Part shown: positions 1 through 8,930 of the stretch, in pieces
Layout of the letters: each line of letters begins with the position of its first letter
Position numbering within the stretch: position 1 is the stretch's first letter
Source: a virus
Virus record (IMG/VR): IMGVR_UViG_3300047471_000162
Location: 1 to 64,000 of that record
Reading direction: 5' to 3' (one strand)
Length of the DNA stretch: 64,000 nucleotides
Program-made: the position numbers and the translations under genes
Notes under the pieces: generated by a model
What the model saw: only the letters and a program-made list of their open reading frames with translations
The model's database searches: none
Told to the model about the DNA's origin: nothing

Positions 1-294
1 GCCGTAGTAGGCAAGATCCTTCAACTCTTCCAGCCACTCAGGACTACCCCACGGGCCGTAGTCCGAAGCGGTATCACCCCAGTACTGTTCGGCGTAGTCG
101 CGCATGCTGGTAATCACCATGTCCTGCGGCTCGCCCGCCCAAATACCGTGACGCGTCTGAGAGCGCTTGATATCCGCGCAACCGATACGGTGGATATTCT
201 CATCGCCGTGAATTCGCAGGACGGTAATGAGGAATTTCTTAGGCTTATTGGTGTTTGCCTGCGTGTCACTGAGCTGGACCTTACGGGTGGTCAT
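1..294 (-). CDS. Hypothetical early protein (partial, runs off window start)
   Basis: Minus-strand frame read manually (MTTRKVQLSDTQ...), open to position 1; start context AGGGGCCGTTATG matches the neighbouring genes. Confidence 0.7.
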   Translation of the reverse strand, partial: MTTRKVQLSDTQANTNKPKKFLITVLRIHGDENIHRIGCADIKRSQTRHGIWAGEPQDMVITSMRDYAEQYWGDTASDYGPWGSPEWLEELKDLAYYG

Positions 295-327
295 AACGGC
301 CCCTCTAACAAGATCGTTGAGCATGGA

Positions 328-398
328 TGGACTGTCTGTCCAACGCACCGCTAGGAGACGCTTACAGCGCCGCCTAGAAGCACGCAAGACCACAGTAC
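328..398. repeat. Intergenic repeat module, copy 1
   Basis: TGGAC-N5-GTCCAAC palindrome followed 57 nt later by CAAGACC-N2-AGTAC. Confidence 0.8.
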
Positions 399-399
399 G

Positions 400-705
400 T
401 CAGATCAGCTCTGCCACGCGCTTACCGATCTCATCGAGCCACGCGATTTCCAGCAGCGACCAATTAGCGGGCGTGGCGTCCGAGGAATACAGATCGAATC
501 CGAATTCGGCGCTGGAGATGTCAATGCCCAACTGGATACATCCCTCTCCCCAACTACCGTAAAGCTGCCCCAACAGGCAGTCAGTCAGACAAGACATGCG
601 CAGAGTCTCGGTGTTGACATCCCTCACCCAGCCAATGCCGCCACGATGGGTGTCCAACATGCTGGCACCCTTGGCAACCTTGGCAACGATTGTCGTGAAG
701 TCCAT
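400..705 (-). CDS. Hypothetical protein, paralog of 811-1119
   Basis: ORF track; RBS; shares ETL.M...C.LGQ..GS..EG...LG...E.GFD...W.DEI with the neighbour. Confidence 0.85.
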   Translation of the reverse strand: MDFTTIVAKVAKGASMLDTHRGGIGWVRDVNTETLRMSCLTDCLLGQLYGSWGEGCIQLGIDISSAEFGFDLYSSDATPANWSLLEIAWLDEIGKRVAELI

Positions 706-738
706 AACGACCCCTTTCAGCGCCTCACAGAGTGAGGG

Positions 739-809
739 TGGACTAGTTGTCCAACGGAGGTCTACAGAGCCGTTCTAGGCACCCTGTAGGCCCCACAAGA
801 CCCTAGTAC
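739..809. repeat. Intergenic repeat module, copy 2
   Basis: TGGACTAGTTGTCCAACGG ... CAAGACCCTAGTAC at the same 57-nt offset. Confidence 0.85.
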
Positions 810-810
810 G

Positions 811-1119
811 TTATGCAGCGTCAGTGGTAAGGCCACGGCGTGCGTTGATCTCGTCAATCCACGCAATGTCCATCAATGCATAGGTGTTCTCCTCAACATC
901 ATCCCCCCAAACGTCGAATCCGTGCTCCACAATATCGTGCGTGGAAAATCCCAACTCTCCCATTCCCTCCCAGAAAGAACCAAACTTCTGGCCAAGCATG
1001 CAGTCCAGACCGGAAGCCATGTTGAGAGTCTCGGTGTCGATGCTGTTCCACCATCCCCAGCCAAACAGGTTGTCGAACAGCTGAGCGCCGAGCTTGATGT
1101 TAGCAGCGTAGCGGTACAT
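811..1119 (-). CDS. Hypothetical protein, paralog of 400-705
   Basis: ORF track; AGGGGCTGTTATG start context; shared motifs. Confidence 0.85.
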   Translation of the reverse strand: MYRYAANIKLGAQLFDNLFGWGWWNSIDTETLNMASGLDCMLGQKFGSFWEGMGELGFSTHDIVEHGFDVWGDDVEENTYALMDIAWIDEINARRGLTTDAA

Positions 1120-1152
1120 AACAGCCCCTTAGAAGCTCGCACAGAGTGCAGA

Positions 1153-1223
1153 TGGACTAGTTGTCCAACGGGTGGCCTAGAGTGGCTTAGACGCCCATCT
1201 AGACCCCCGCAAGACCCTAGTAC
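1153..1223. repeat. Intergenic repeat module, copy 3
   Basis: TGGACTAGTTGTCCAACGG ... CAAGACCCTAGTAC at the same 57-nt offset. Confidence 0.85.
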
Positions 1224-1456
1224 TCCCCGTACGCCTCATACAGATCGGACTCGGCACCGTAGTAGTCGGACGTGTCGTAGTCCGAGTTTTCATCCTCGGT
1301 GGAGTAGTCACACTCACACTCATAGTCTCCGTACCCGCAGTCTTTACAGCGGGGACAGTCGCAGTCACTAAAAGCGAAACGGCACCAATCGCACGTCTCG
1401 ATAGCTCCGATGGGCATAAGGACACTCCTAGCAAGATCGAATGACATGGTTGGCAC
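1217..1456 (-). CDS. Small Cys-rich, acidic hypothetical protein
   Basis: CxxC-type clusters and a D/E/Y-rich tail; true start may be the internal MPIGAIET. Confidence 0.7.
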   Translation of the reverse strand: MPTMSFDLARSVLMPIGAIETCDWCRFAFSDCDCPRCKDCGYGDYECECDYSTEDENSDYDTSDYYGAESDLYEAYGEY

Positions 1457-1506
1457 TGGGAGACTACCGAAGCGTTTGGAGCCGTTCTAGGGGCCTTTAC
1501 AGGCTA

Positions 1507-2109
1507 CTAGAACTCCGCCACGCGCTCATCCAAGCAAAGGTTGCCGCGCATCGTACGAATCCACACCTGATTGGTGTCACCCGAGACGCCCAGCGCCGAA
1601 GCGTCATCCTCGTTGTAGATTCGACGCATTTCCTTCCACGCGTCGTTCTCCGTGCTAAAGGGGAGCTCACGAGAGAAGGTGATTTCCCCCGACGCGTTCA
1701 GGTGCACGATCTTGACGGAGTAATCCATGTCCGCGTGGTCATCGCAGTGCTTGTCATCCGCAGGTGCCACATACAGGCGCCGGATCACCACAACGTCACT
1801 GGTGACGCGCTGCGACCAGTCCGACGCCCCCACGGTAACCCGCGTCTCGTCCCTGAAGTCCTCGGGGTCGGCAGGGGACATGATGCCGTAGCCAGCCCGG
1901 AAGTTCTGGAACTGCTTCGGCTGGGTGAATACCTTCGTCACGTGGCACCACATGCCGTAGAGGAAGACCAAGTCACCCTTGCGCACGTCGCCGTACGTGA
2001 CCGTCATTTCCTCGAACTGGAGATCTCCAGTAGTGCGGTAGGTGTAAAACCAGTTGTTGCCCCGGTGGTTGGTGTCTTTCGCGCCCATCGTGACGAGCTT
2101 CATGATCAT
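1507..2109 (-). CDS. Hypothetical protein
   Basis: 200-aa ORF with GGAGGG RBS and high third-position GC. Confidence 0.8.
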   Translation of the reverse strand: MIMKLVTMGAKDTNHRGNNWFYTYRTTGDLQFEEMTVTYGDVRKGDLVFLYGMWCHVTKVFTQPKQFQNFRAGYGIMSPADPEDFRDETRVTVGASDWSQRVTSDVVVIRRLYVAPADDKHCDDHADMDYSVKIVHLNASGEITFSRELPFSTENDAWKEMRRIYNEDDASALGVSGDTNQVWIRTMRGNLCLDERVAEF

Positions 2110-2215
2110 GCCCTCCGTCGTGTTTTGCTTGCCGTGCTATGAAGCTCCCGTAAGGTGGCGACCCTGTCAAGACCCCTTTCGGGAAGCTTGACAGGATCGT
2201 TACCCGGCGAAGAGA

Positions 2216-2395
2216 TCAGTCAAAGTCCGAGTGCATGCCCATGGCACAAGCACCGCACAGCGAACGCTTCTTACCCATGATCCGGATGGGGACGATCGTG
2301 TGTCGACCCGCACGCTTGTGCTCGTGCATCTCACGCACACAGTCGACCAGCCACTCAGTACCGTCACTCCACACGATCTTCCAGCCCTTGCGCAT
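2216..2395 (-). CDS. Small hypothetical protein (59 aa, CxxC)
   Basis: Manual translation MRKGWKIVWSDG...CGACAMGMHSDFD; GGAG RBS. Confidence 0.65.
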   Translation of the reverse strand: MRKGWKIVWSDGTEWLVDCVREMHEHKRAGRHTIVPIRIMGKKRSLCGACAMGMHSDFD

Positions 2396-2431
2396 GATCT
2401 ACTCCGTTTCGGTGGTTACACCTGGGTGAGG

Positions 2432-2593
2432 CTACGCCTGCCAAGCGTGGAAGTGCTTGGACCACACGTCGTCCATGGCGCTGTGATCGTAGTTCTCCCA
2501 CGGGTCCACAGCGGGGACGCTGACACCAGTGAACAGCTTGTCCAGCGCGTCTCGGCAGAGCTTATAAGCAATAAGCCGGAGCGTACTAGCCAC
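2432..2593 (-). CDS. Small hypothetical protein (53 aa)
   Basis: GTG start after GGGAGGGA; manual translation. Confidence 0.55.
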   Translation of the reverse strand: MASTLRLIAYKLCRDALDKLFTGVSVPAVDPWENYDHSAMDDVWSKHFHAWQA

Positions 2594-3676
2594 CGTGTGT
2601 CCCTCCCTCGTGTTCGTTCGCTGCTGACAGGGAGAACACTCCTCTTCTCTCGTCCATCTGTCAACTCCGCAGGTCAGAGGGCATTTGATCTAGGTATCTC
2701 CACCCAAGCCAAGGGTCGCAGACCCTCCCCCAACGGGTTTTTCGGCCCGCCGGAGGCATTCCTTACTACTTCTATACCCTAAGAGTCAATACATACTACA
2801 TAGATGGATAGATATTCATTACCTATGGATAGACATACATACAGTCATCTATGGATCTACTACAAACCCATAGCGACCTACCCAGAGCCCTATAGGGACC
2901 TAAAAACGCGCGATACCACATGCCATGCCACTACGTCAAAAAGCCCAAAAACGGCCCTCTAAGGCTCTGCTACACCCTCCTAGGTCCAACCACCCCAGGA
3001 CACTCCTGATAGCCCCGTAGAGACGATCTCACTCTCTGGTGATAGACCACATGAGGACTAGACCACTACTGGTATACCTGTTGACCTGGGGTTATCTGAT
3101 ACATGCACATACATACAAGACCATATGTCCGATATGCCCTAGAACCACCACACATACACCCCAGCACAGAGAGTCAATCAACCCACAGACCTCTTGACGT
3201 CCCTCTAGGCCGTAGGCTAGGGCACATGACCAACTAGGCTGAAAGCCTATATACCCCATTACCAACTAGGCTTTTAGCACATATACCCCATTACCAGGAC
3301 ATGAATACACTCATTCACCAGCCAATTCACCACAGTATCCCATTCAATGCTTCCTAGAATGCCAGAGATGTCTATGCCCGAATGCCCCTATTCATACGGA
3401 GAGTAACCATCATGCCCCTTTTTCCCTAGGGAAAGCATAACGCAGAGTAATAATAGCCCCGAATAGCCCTATTTAGCCTATTGTTTATGTCAATTCGAGA
3501 CCCCCCACCTTTAATAAAGCCATTCAGGGTGATGGCCTGCCTGGTAATTTGAATATGGTTTCAAGAAATACCTGAGGGCAGTACCCTTACTCTGCGGGAG
3601 AGTATTGTAATTTGAATACGATTCTGACTTCTCTCGTAGTACAGTATCCGAGAAAAGAAGATGGTATCCTATACCC

Positions 3677-3973
3677 ATGACTAATACATATGCTGATTCA
3701 AGAGATGACAACTACAACTGGCTGTTCGGAGATATGGATATACCCTCTGGTATGTGGCTAGAATTACACAGAGATCTTGACTATCCCCGATACCGTTTAC
3801 TCCTTATGGATGCTTCTGGTCCTCTGGAGGCTATGCTTATATATCCTAGTGAGGAGCGTATGACTGCTAAAGAGATGATAGGTAATCCTATGCCGACTTT
3901 TCTCCTATGGATAGAACAGAAGAAGAAGCTTGAAAAGAGTAGAAGACAGATAGTTGCACAGTTAGGTTTCTAA
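3677..3973 (+). CDS. Hypothetical protein
   Basis: ORF track; followed by a terminator hairpin. Confidence 0.7.
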   Translation: MTNTYADSRDDNYNWLFGDMDIPSGMWLELHRDLDYPRYRLLLMDASGPLEAMLIYPSEERMTAKEMIGNPMPTFLLWIEQKKKLEKSRRQIVAQLGF

Positions 3974-3977
3974 AACA

Positions 3978-4015
3978 AAATCTCCTTAGACCATATTCGC
4001 GGTCTAAGGAGATTT
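3978..4015. terminator. Bidirectional terminator between convergent genes
   Basis: AAATCTCCTTAGACC...GGTCTAAGGAGATTT inverted repeat. Confidence 0.8.
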
Positions 4016-4023
4016 CTTCTTAT

Positions 4024-4578
4024 CTATCCTCCCAGGAGTTGGGATGCAGTATACCCACTACCTTGGATGGGAGTCTTTCTCTTCTTTCCGCTATACCAAG
4101 GGAGAGCCAGTCCATCGTTCTCTCTTCTTGGTACTAGGTGTATATGTAGATGGAATACTGATTGGGTCGCCGAAATTCCCTTACTTGTGATGAGATTGAA
4201 ATCTCCACCGATTTCTGCGGCTAGTTCAGAAGCTAGTTCTACTACGTCTCCCGATATAGTTGGATTTTCGGTGAAGTCGGTTATATGTCTCTTTGGAATA
4301 ACGAGTAAATGTCCCTCTACGACAGGATCAAGGGGAACGATTGCTATAGCATTCCACCAGTCTTTTACTACCGTGGCTGGTGAGTTCCCTACCACGATTC
4401 CACAGAATATACAAGGTGGCGCGATTTTTCTCTCCAATTCTTCTAGTAGCTCTTTCTTTGCTTCCAGACGGGATCTGATTACTTCTTTCCCTACGGTATA
4501 GCCCGTAGGGAGATGAGTTATCTTTATATAGACAGATCCGCTGGTATATACATCTATTCGTAGATCTTCTATCTCCAT
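4024..4578 (-). CDS. HIT-family nucleotide hydrolase with an N-terminal release-factor-like domain lacking GGQ
   Basis: CIFC...GHLLVIPKRH...HLHIHLVPR histidine triad; N-terminal DLRIDVY..SG...ITHLPTG resembles RF1/RF2 domain 3. Confidence 0.85.
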   Translation of the reverse strand: MEIEDLRIDVYTSGSVYIKITHLPTGYTVGKEVIRSRLEAKKELLEELERKIAPPCIFCGIVVGNSPATVVKDWWNAIAIVPLDPVVEGHLLVIPKRHITDFTENPTISGDVVELASELAAEIGGDFNLITSKGISATQSVFHLHIHLVPRRENDGLALPWYSGKKRKTPIQGSGYTASQLLGG

Positions 4579-4952
4579 TTGTTATAGCGCTCCAGTTCTT
4601 CTGGTAGTAGTTCGTTCTTAAATCGTTCTATCCAGCGGCGCCGGGTATTAGTACCAAAGTAGCTATAAAATTCTTCTGGTATCTTTCCCTTGATTGGTGG
4701 ATAGAGTGGATCGTAGTCCAGATTCTCTAAAAGGGTATTTTCGTCGTTACAACAACAGTAGTAACCTCCCCCAGAATATCCATCTTCTTTCTCATTGATA
4801 CAGCCACTACAACAGGGTCCATCGTGAACTTCACTCCACCAGTACTCTTTTGGATCTTTTACTACTGGTATAGATTTTGGGGTTAGCTCTCCCCAATCTC
4901 TACTTTTTAACTTAGCGATAGCATCGAAAGACTCGAAACTAATTTCTCTCAT
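4569..4952 (-). CDS. Hypothetical Cys-rich protein
   Basis: ORF track; overlaps the next gene as in an operon. Confidence 0.7.
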   Translation of the reverse strand: MREISFESFDAIAKLKSRDWGELTPKSIPVVKDPKEYWWSEVHDGPCCSGCINEKEDGYSGGGYYCCCNDENTLLENLDYDPLYPPIKGKIPEEFYSYFGTNTRRRWIERFKNELLPEELERYNKWR

Positions 4953-5391
4953 TGAGTTTATCCTCCAATTCTTTCTGAGTACTACCCTCTCCTACTACTT
5001 TTGCGTACATATCTACTGCGAAGAAGCGTACTTTGTTCTTCTTTCCTACTTCTTTAACGATTGCGCATTTTCCGAAATTTGAGAAAACCTTGAATTCTAC
5101 AGTAGTTCTTTCCACTAGGTACTCCTTATAAGTAAAAACTCCCCCACCTTAGAGATGGAGGAGTTTTAGATTTTTAGGACTCAGGAGAATGCTTGGTAGC
5201 GTATTGCTTTACGACAGACTCTTCTACGTTACGAGCTCCTACATGACCCTTGCTATTGACACATTGCCAAGTACCATCTGTAAAGGAAATTCGCCAACCG
5301 TTATAGTCATAGGGCTTAAGAGGAAAGTTTTCGTGTCCCATTTATACTCCTTCTCTCGTTGGTTGATACGTAGAGTCTAGCAATTGTGGTA

Positions 5392-5931
5392 CTACCTGTC
5401 AAGACCCGCTAGATAGGTTCTCATGATGTAATTCCAGCGAGCATCGTGAAGAGCGTTGTGATCACCCTCTAGTTGTGCTGGATAAGCAGGGTTTCCTAGT
5501 CTATGGAGTTCCTGACGTAGATCGTTGGTCCACATTGGCATATCTTCTGGTAGATCCAACATTCTTCCAAAGAGCTGACTCAGAACTACGTGATCGTATG
5601 CCGCATACCATGCCCATAGTTCTGGAATACCTTTTTCAGTACAGAATTCTCTTACTTCCTTGGCAATCTGCTCTCTGGGCTTTACATGCTTCCAGTCAGG
5701 ATGGAAGGTATCCCAGGATACTAATCCATCTGTTATCTTTACTGGGAGATAACGAAGAACATTCTTACGTAGCCAATCATTTTTAGCTGCTCTTACCATT
5801 ACTCCCATGTCATGAACTACTGCATAATACTCTTTACCGTCTTCTCGAACCATACCAATGGAGATTAACTCGATAGTTTCTCCATCATCGATAAATTCGG
5901 TATCGTAATCAATTTTCATCTGTTCTCCCAA
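5392..5931 (-). CDS. DEDDh 3'-5' exoribonuclease, RNase AS (Rv2179c)-like
   Basis: YDTEF..DG.TIELISIG, LWAWYAAYDHV, HNALHDARWN motifs. Confidence 0.85.
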   Translation of the reverse strand: MGEQMKIDYDTEFIDDGETIELISIGMVREDGKEYYAVVHDMGVMVRAAKNDWLRKNVLRYLPVKITDGLVSWDTFHPDWKHVKPREQIAKEVREFCTEKGIPELWAWYAAYDHVVLSQLFGRMLDLPEDMPMWTNDLRQELHRLGNPAYPAQLEGDHNALHDARWNYIMRTYLAGLDR

Positions 5932-6246
5932 CCCACGGGAATCTTACTGTGATCCTGTACCCAAGTGGAGTATTCCTGCTTGGTCATCTTTATATAGGTA
6001 TACAGGCGATCATTACTGCTCCCGGCATGCCAGGCGTCTATCTTGTCGTCAATAACTTCATTGAGTTCAGCTATACGATTATCGGATCTACTCACTTCTT
6101 CTCCTTATTCTCCCTTGCGATCATATATGCGTTATGAATTTCTGCCAGTTCCCAGAAGGTCAGACCGAAATAGTCTACAAAATCCCTATCCGAACCGCTG
6201 GCATGCCATTCGGCGTACATTTTATCTGCTTCTTCTACTGTATAGC

Positions 6247-6822
6247 TCACAATTTATCCCTCAAAAAGATTAGATACTCGAAATCGGGCTCGTCTAGTCC
6301 GATTCTGGGGCTTATTGGCATGATTCTAGCTGTGCCTGAGCTATTTTTAGTCAAATAGTCCAAGTCTTTCTTCATAACTTCATCATCAACCCAGATATAT
6401 GGAGTATTGGGTCGATTCTCGTTCATCCATGAAGCGATTCTCTTGGTTTTCCAGTGAAGTTTCTCTGGATTATAGGTATCTTTGTCTATCCAGTCAATGA
6501 CTGGTAACTCTGGGAGACCAATATGTGGACCGATCCACACGTTGGCATCCTCCTCCCATGTGGTAGCCCAGATGACCTCATACCCCAGAGACATGATTCT
6601 CGGCCCGTGAAGGGGGTTTAGCCAGACTTTCAGAGGCTTGGTGGCTACCCAGCCCGTTGGGGTCATCCGATGCGTCTCATAGCCCTCTGGGCGCTTCGTA
6701 GGTTTGGCCGCGTAGGGATTAAGTGGACCGTCTACATCCAATAAAATCACTGGTTTATTAGAAGCTTCCATACTTAACTCTCTCCTCGTTACACCAAGTA
6801 TGGATGGCCACCAACTTCCCAT
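6247..6822 (-). CDS. HAD-family phosphatase of the Swiss-Army-Knife RNA-repair type
   Basis: LLDVDGPLN, WATTW and WVDD motifs; start probably at MEASNK. Confidence 0.8.
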   Translation of the reverse strand: MGSWWPSILGVTRRELSMEASNKPVILLDVDGPLNPYAAKPTKRPEGYETHRMTPTGWVATKPLKVWLNPLHGPRIMSLGYEVIWATTWEEDANVWIGPHIGLPELPVIDWIDKDTYNPEKLHWKTKRIASWMNENRPNTPYIWVDDEVMKKDLDYLTKNSSGTARIMPISPRIGLDEPDFEYLIFLRDKL

Positions 6823-7210
6823 TTCTTATGGCTTGTGTGACCATCTTCTTGTCTTTTTGCCACTTTTCGATCGACATTGAACAATAAGAGCAGTTATATC
6901 CCTTGGGGATAGTCATTGTGCGCTTTAGTTGCTCTTGCCAGTCGATCGGGTAGAGTGTATCTCCCTTCATGTTATTACAGCGTTTATGTGTCAACTGAAT
7001 ATTTTCCCGGCCGTTTCCCCCACCTTGAGAGCGGGGGATAATATGGTCCCGGGAGGCTTCTTTGAGTTCTACGTATCCTCCGCACAAGGCACAGATACCT
7101 TTGAAGTCTGCGTGTATCCGTGCCAGTGGTTTAGAGTAGTAAGAACTTTGATTTCTACTCATCCGGTTACTTTCCCTTGCATTGATCCCGATATTGTGAT
7201 TCTGTACCAT
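6758..7210 (-). CDS. HNH endonuclease
   Basis: CALCG...DHIIPRSQGGGN...NIQLTHKRCNNMKG. Confidence 0.9.
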   Translation of the reverse strand: MVQNHNIGINARESNRMSRNQSSYYSKPLARIHADFKGICALCGGYVELKEASRDHIIPRSQGGGNGRENIQLTHKRCNNMKGDTLYPIDWQEQLKRTMTIPKGYNCSYCSMSIEKWQKDKKMVTQAIRNGKLVAIHTWCNEERVKYGSF

Positions 7211-7412
7211 TAGGGTTGAAATACAACCAGTTTCTCAGTTTTCCCCAGCATTCTACAGTCAATTCATGCTGCACAGGATGTCCGGGTACCAGACAGTAAC
7301 CCTTCTTACCGATTTCCATTGATCTCTCAAAACTCATGTACTTTATCCTTAGTTACTAGTTCCATACCCCTTGAAGACTACTGTACCAGGGAAGCTCTGG
7401 GATTACCAGGGG

Positions 7413-7441
7413 TTGACAGGCTGTACCCCGATCTGTATACT
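7413..7441 (+). promoter_or_regulatory. Sigma70/HrdB-type promoter
   Basis: TTGACA-17-TATACT. Confidence 0.75.
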
Positions 7442-7530
7442 TGTCTTTTATATACATAACTAATAATTCTATCTACTCTTAACTAATAATTATTTCTTTT
7501 ACTATTAACTTTATTTATCGGAGGTATATT

Positions 7531-7728
7531 ATGACTAATCCTAGTAAGGCTATGTTATCCAGAAGTGTAAGACTACCTAAGAGTCTTATTGAAGAACTAC
7601 AGAAGCAAGCAGAACTTAAGGATATTGGCATTACCGTACATATTCGAGAGGTACTAGAAGCATATGTGAGTACTTCTAGATTGATTGAAGAAATTTGGAC
7701 TTCTGAGGCACTTTCAGAGAATGTATGA
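7531..7728 (+). CDS. Ribbon-helix-helix (CopG-like) DNA-binding protein
   Basis: SRSVRLPKSLIEELQKQAE...ITVHIREVLEAYV pattern; GGAGG RBS. Confidence 0.65.
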   Translation: MTNPSKAMLSRSVRLPKSLIEELQKQAELKDIGITVHIREVLEAYVSTSRLIEEIWTSEALSENV

Positions 7729-7779
7729 TCTTATTCATACAAGGGTATATCAGTGATTTATTAGAAACTTTGAGGAATA

Positions 7780-7989
7780 ATGTCAGAACTTAGAGATACC
7801 TACCACACCCTCTGGAACCAATTACCTGGTACAGTTCCTACTGCTGGTTTTGCTACAGAGAAGGATGCCAAGTTCTATATAGAAAGAGATCTTGATAGAA
7901 AGATCTCTTTATTGCAGATAGCTGCACTTATTGAAATTGTGGAGAGACTAGGGGAAAAGCATGTTGACACAGGAACAGGAAGTAATTAG
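7780..7989 (+). CDS. Hypothetical protein
   Basis: ORF with RBS. Confidence 0.65.
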   Translation: MSELRDTYHTLWNQLPGTVPTAGFATEKDAKFYIERDLDRKISLLQIAALIEIVERLGEKHVDTGTGSN

Positions 7990-8179
7990 ACTACTCGTAG
8001 TTGCTCTGCACAAACTAGGTGGATCCATGGATGTGGATCAGACACTGCTTGACAATCTGGGCTTCCAACAGATAGTGTGGAACCACCACGCAGATATGGC
8101 ATACACTACAGTATCGGTCAAGTCTGGTGAAGTGCTTATAGCATCTATTGACAATGACGTGGTGGAGGTAGTACTGTAG
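7961..8179 (+). CDS. Hypothetical protein
   Basis: ORF with RBS. Confidence 0.65.
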   Translation: MLTQEQEVIRLLVVALHKLGGSMDVDQTLLDNLGFQQIVWNHHADMAYTTVSVKSGEVLIASIDNDVVEVVL

Positions 8180-8418
8180 TGGGAACAAATAACGTTTCGG
8201 GGGAAAAGCAATGCTTCTTTAAGACTTGCCGTATTCCGTATACTACTAGTATCGAGTTTCGTGATCAATTTATTCAGGTATGTCCTGAGCACGCACTACG
8301 CTACGGTACATCTTACGAGAAGAAACTTGCATCTAAGAAGTAGATATGCAATAATGATTAAGCCTCCTTTCAAAACTCTAGAGACACCGAATCGTGAGAT
8401 TGTCGATCTCTAGAGCCC

Positions 8419-8490
8419 CGGGCACGGGGAAGATGGTAATCCGCCTGCTTTGGGAGCAGGATGAACTCGGTTCGATTCCGGGGTGCCCGA
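8419..8490 (+). tRNA. tRNA-Pro(TGG)
   Basis: CCTGC-TTTGGGA-GCAGG anticodon arm; GGTTCGATTCC T arm. Confidence 0.9.
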
Positions 8491-8496
8491 CGTGTT

Positions 8497-8580
8497 AATA
8501 TGTGCCGTTGCATGTGGCAACGCAACTCCCTCGCAAGGGGACTGGGGTCATGTCCGGATGGGTTCGAATCCCTGCATATT
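8497..8580 (+). ncRNA. Atypical tRNA-like RNA with long variable arm, anticodon ambiguous (CGC or GCA)
   Basis: AATATGT/GCATATT acceptor-like stem; GGGTTCGAATCCC T arm. Confidence 0.5.
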
Positions 8581-8641
8581 AGCTTTAACTTGAGTTATAA
8601 ATCACGTATAGACATCACTAAACACACAGTAAGTAGGTTCA

Positions 8642-8827
8642 ATGTTTACCTGCAAGAATTGTGGTGAAGATATCAGAAACGGCAGTTCTACTGTTTATAT
8701 GAATGGAAATCATCCAATACTCTGGGTACATGACCTTGGTGGCTCTTCCATATGCGATCCGCAATGGAAGTATAGTCCTAGAGCAGAACCTCAAAACACA
8801 ACAGATACGATGCTAAATACAAATTAA
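8642..8827 (+). CDS. Small Zn-ribbon-like protein
   Basis: CKNCG...WVH....C. Confidence 0.6.
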   Translation: MFTCKNCGEDIRNGSSTVYMNGNHPILWVHDLGGSSICDPQWKYSPRAEPQNTTDTMLNTN

Positions 8828-8838
8828 TAACTCTATAT

Positions 8839-8910
8839 GGGCATGTAGCTTAGTTGGTAAAGCGGTGGGTTGAAGCCCCGCAGTCGTCGGTTCAATTCCG
8901 AACTTGCCCA
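8839..8910 (+). tRNA. tRNA-Phe(GAA)
   Basis: Cloverleaf; GTGGG-TTGAAGC-CCCGC. Confidence 0.9.
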
Positions 8911-8930
8911 CATTAAACTTTGGAGAGATT

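Noticed and set aside
148-2782. Plus-strand ORFs in the left GC-rich block (e.g. 1441-2142, 2231-2782)
   Set aside because: They are shadows of minus-strand genes that have the RBSs and coherent codon bias
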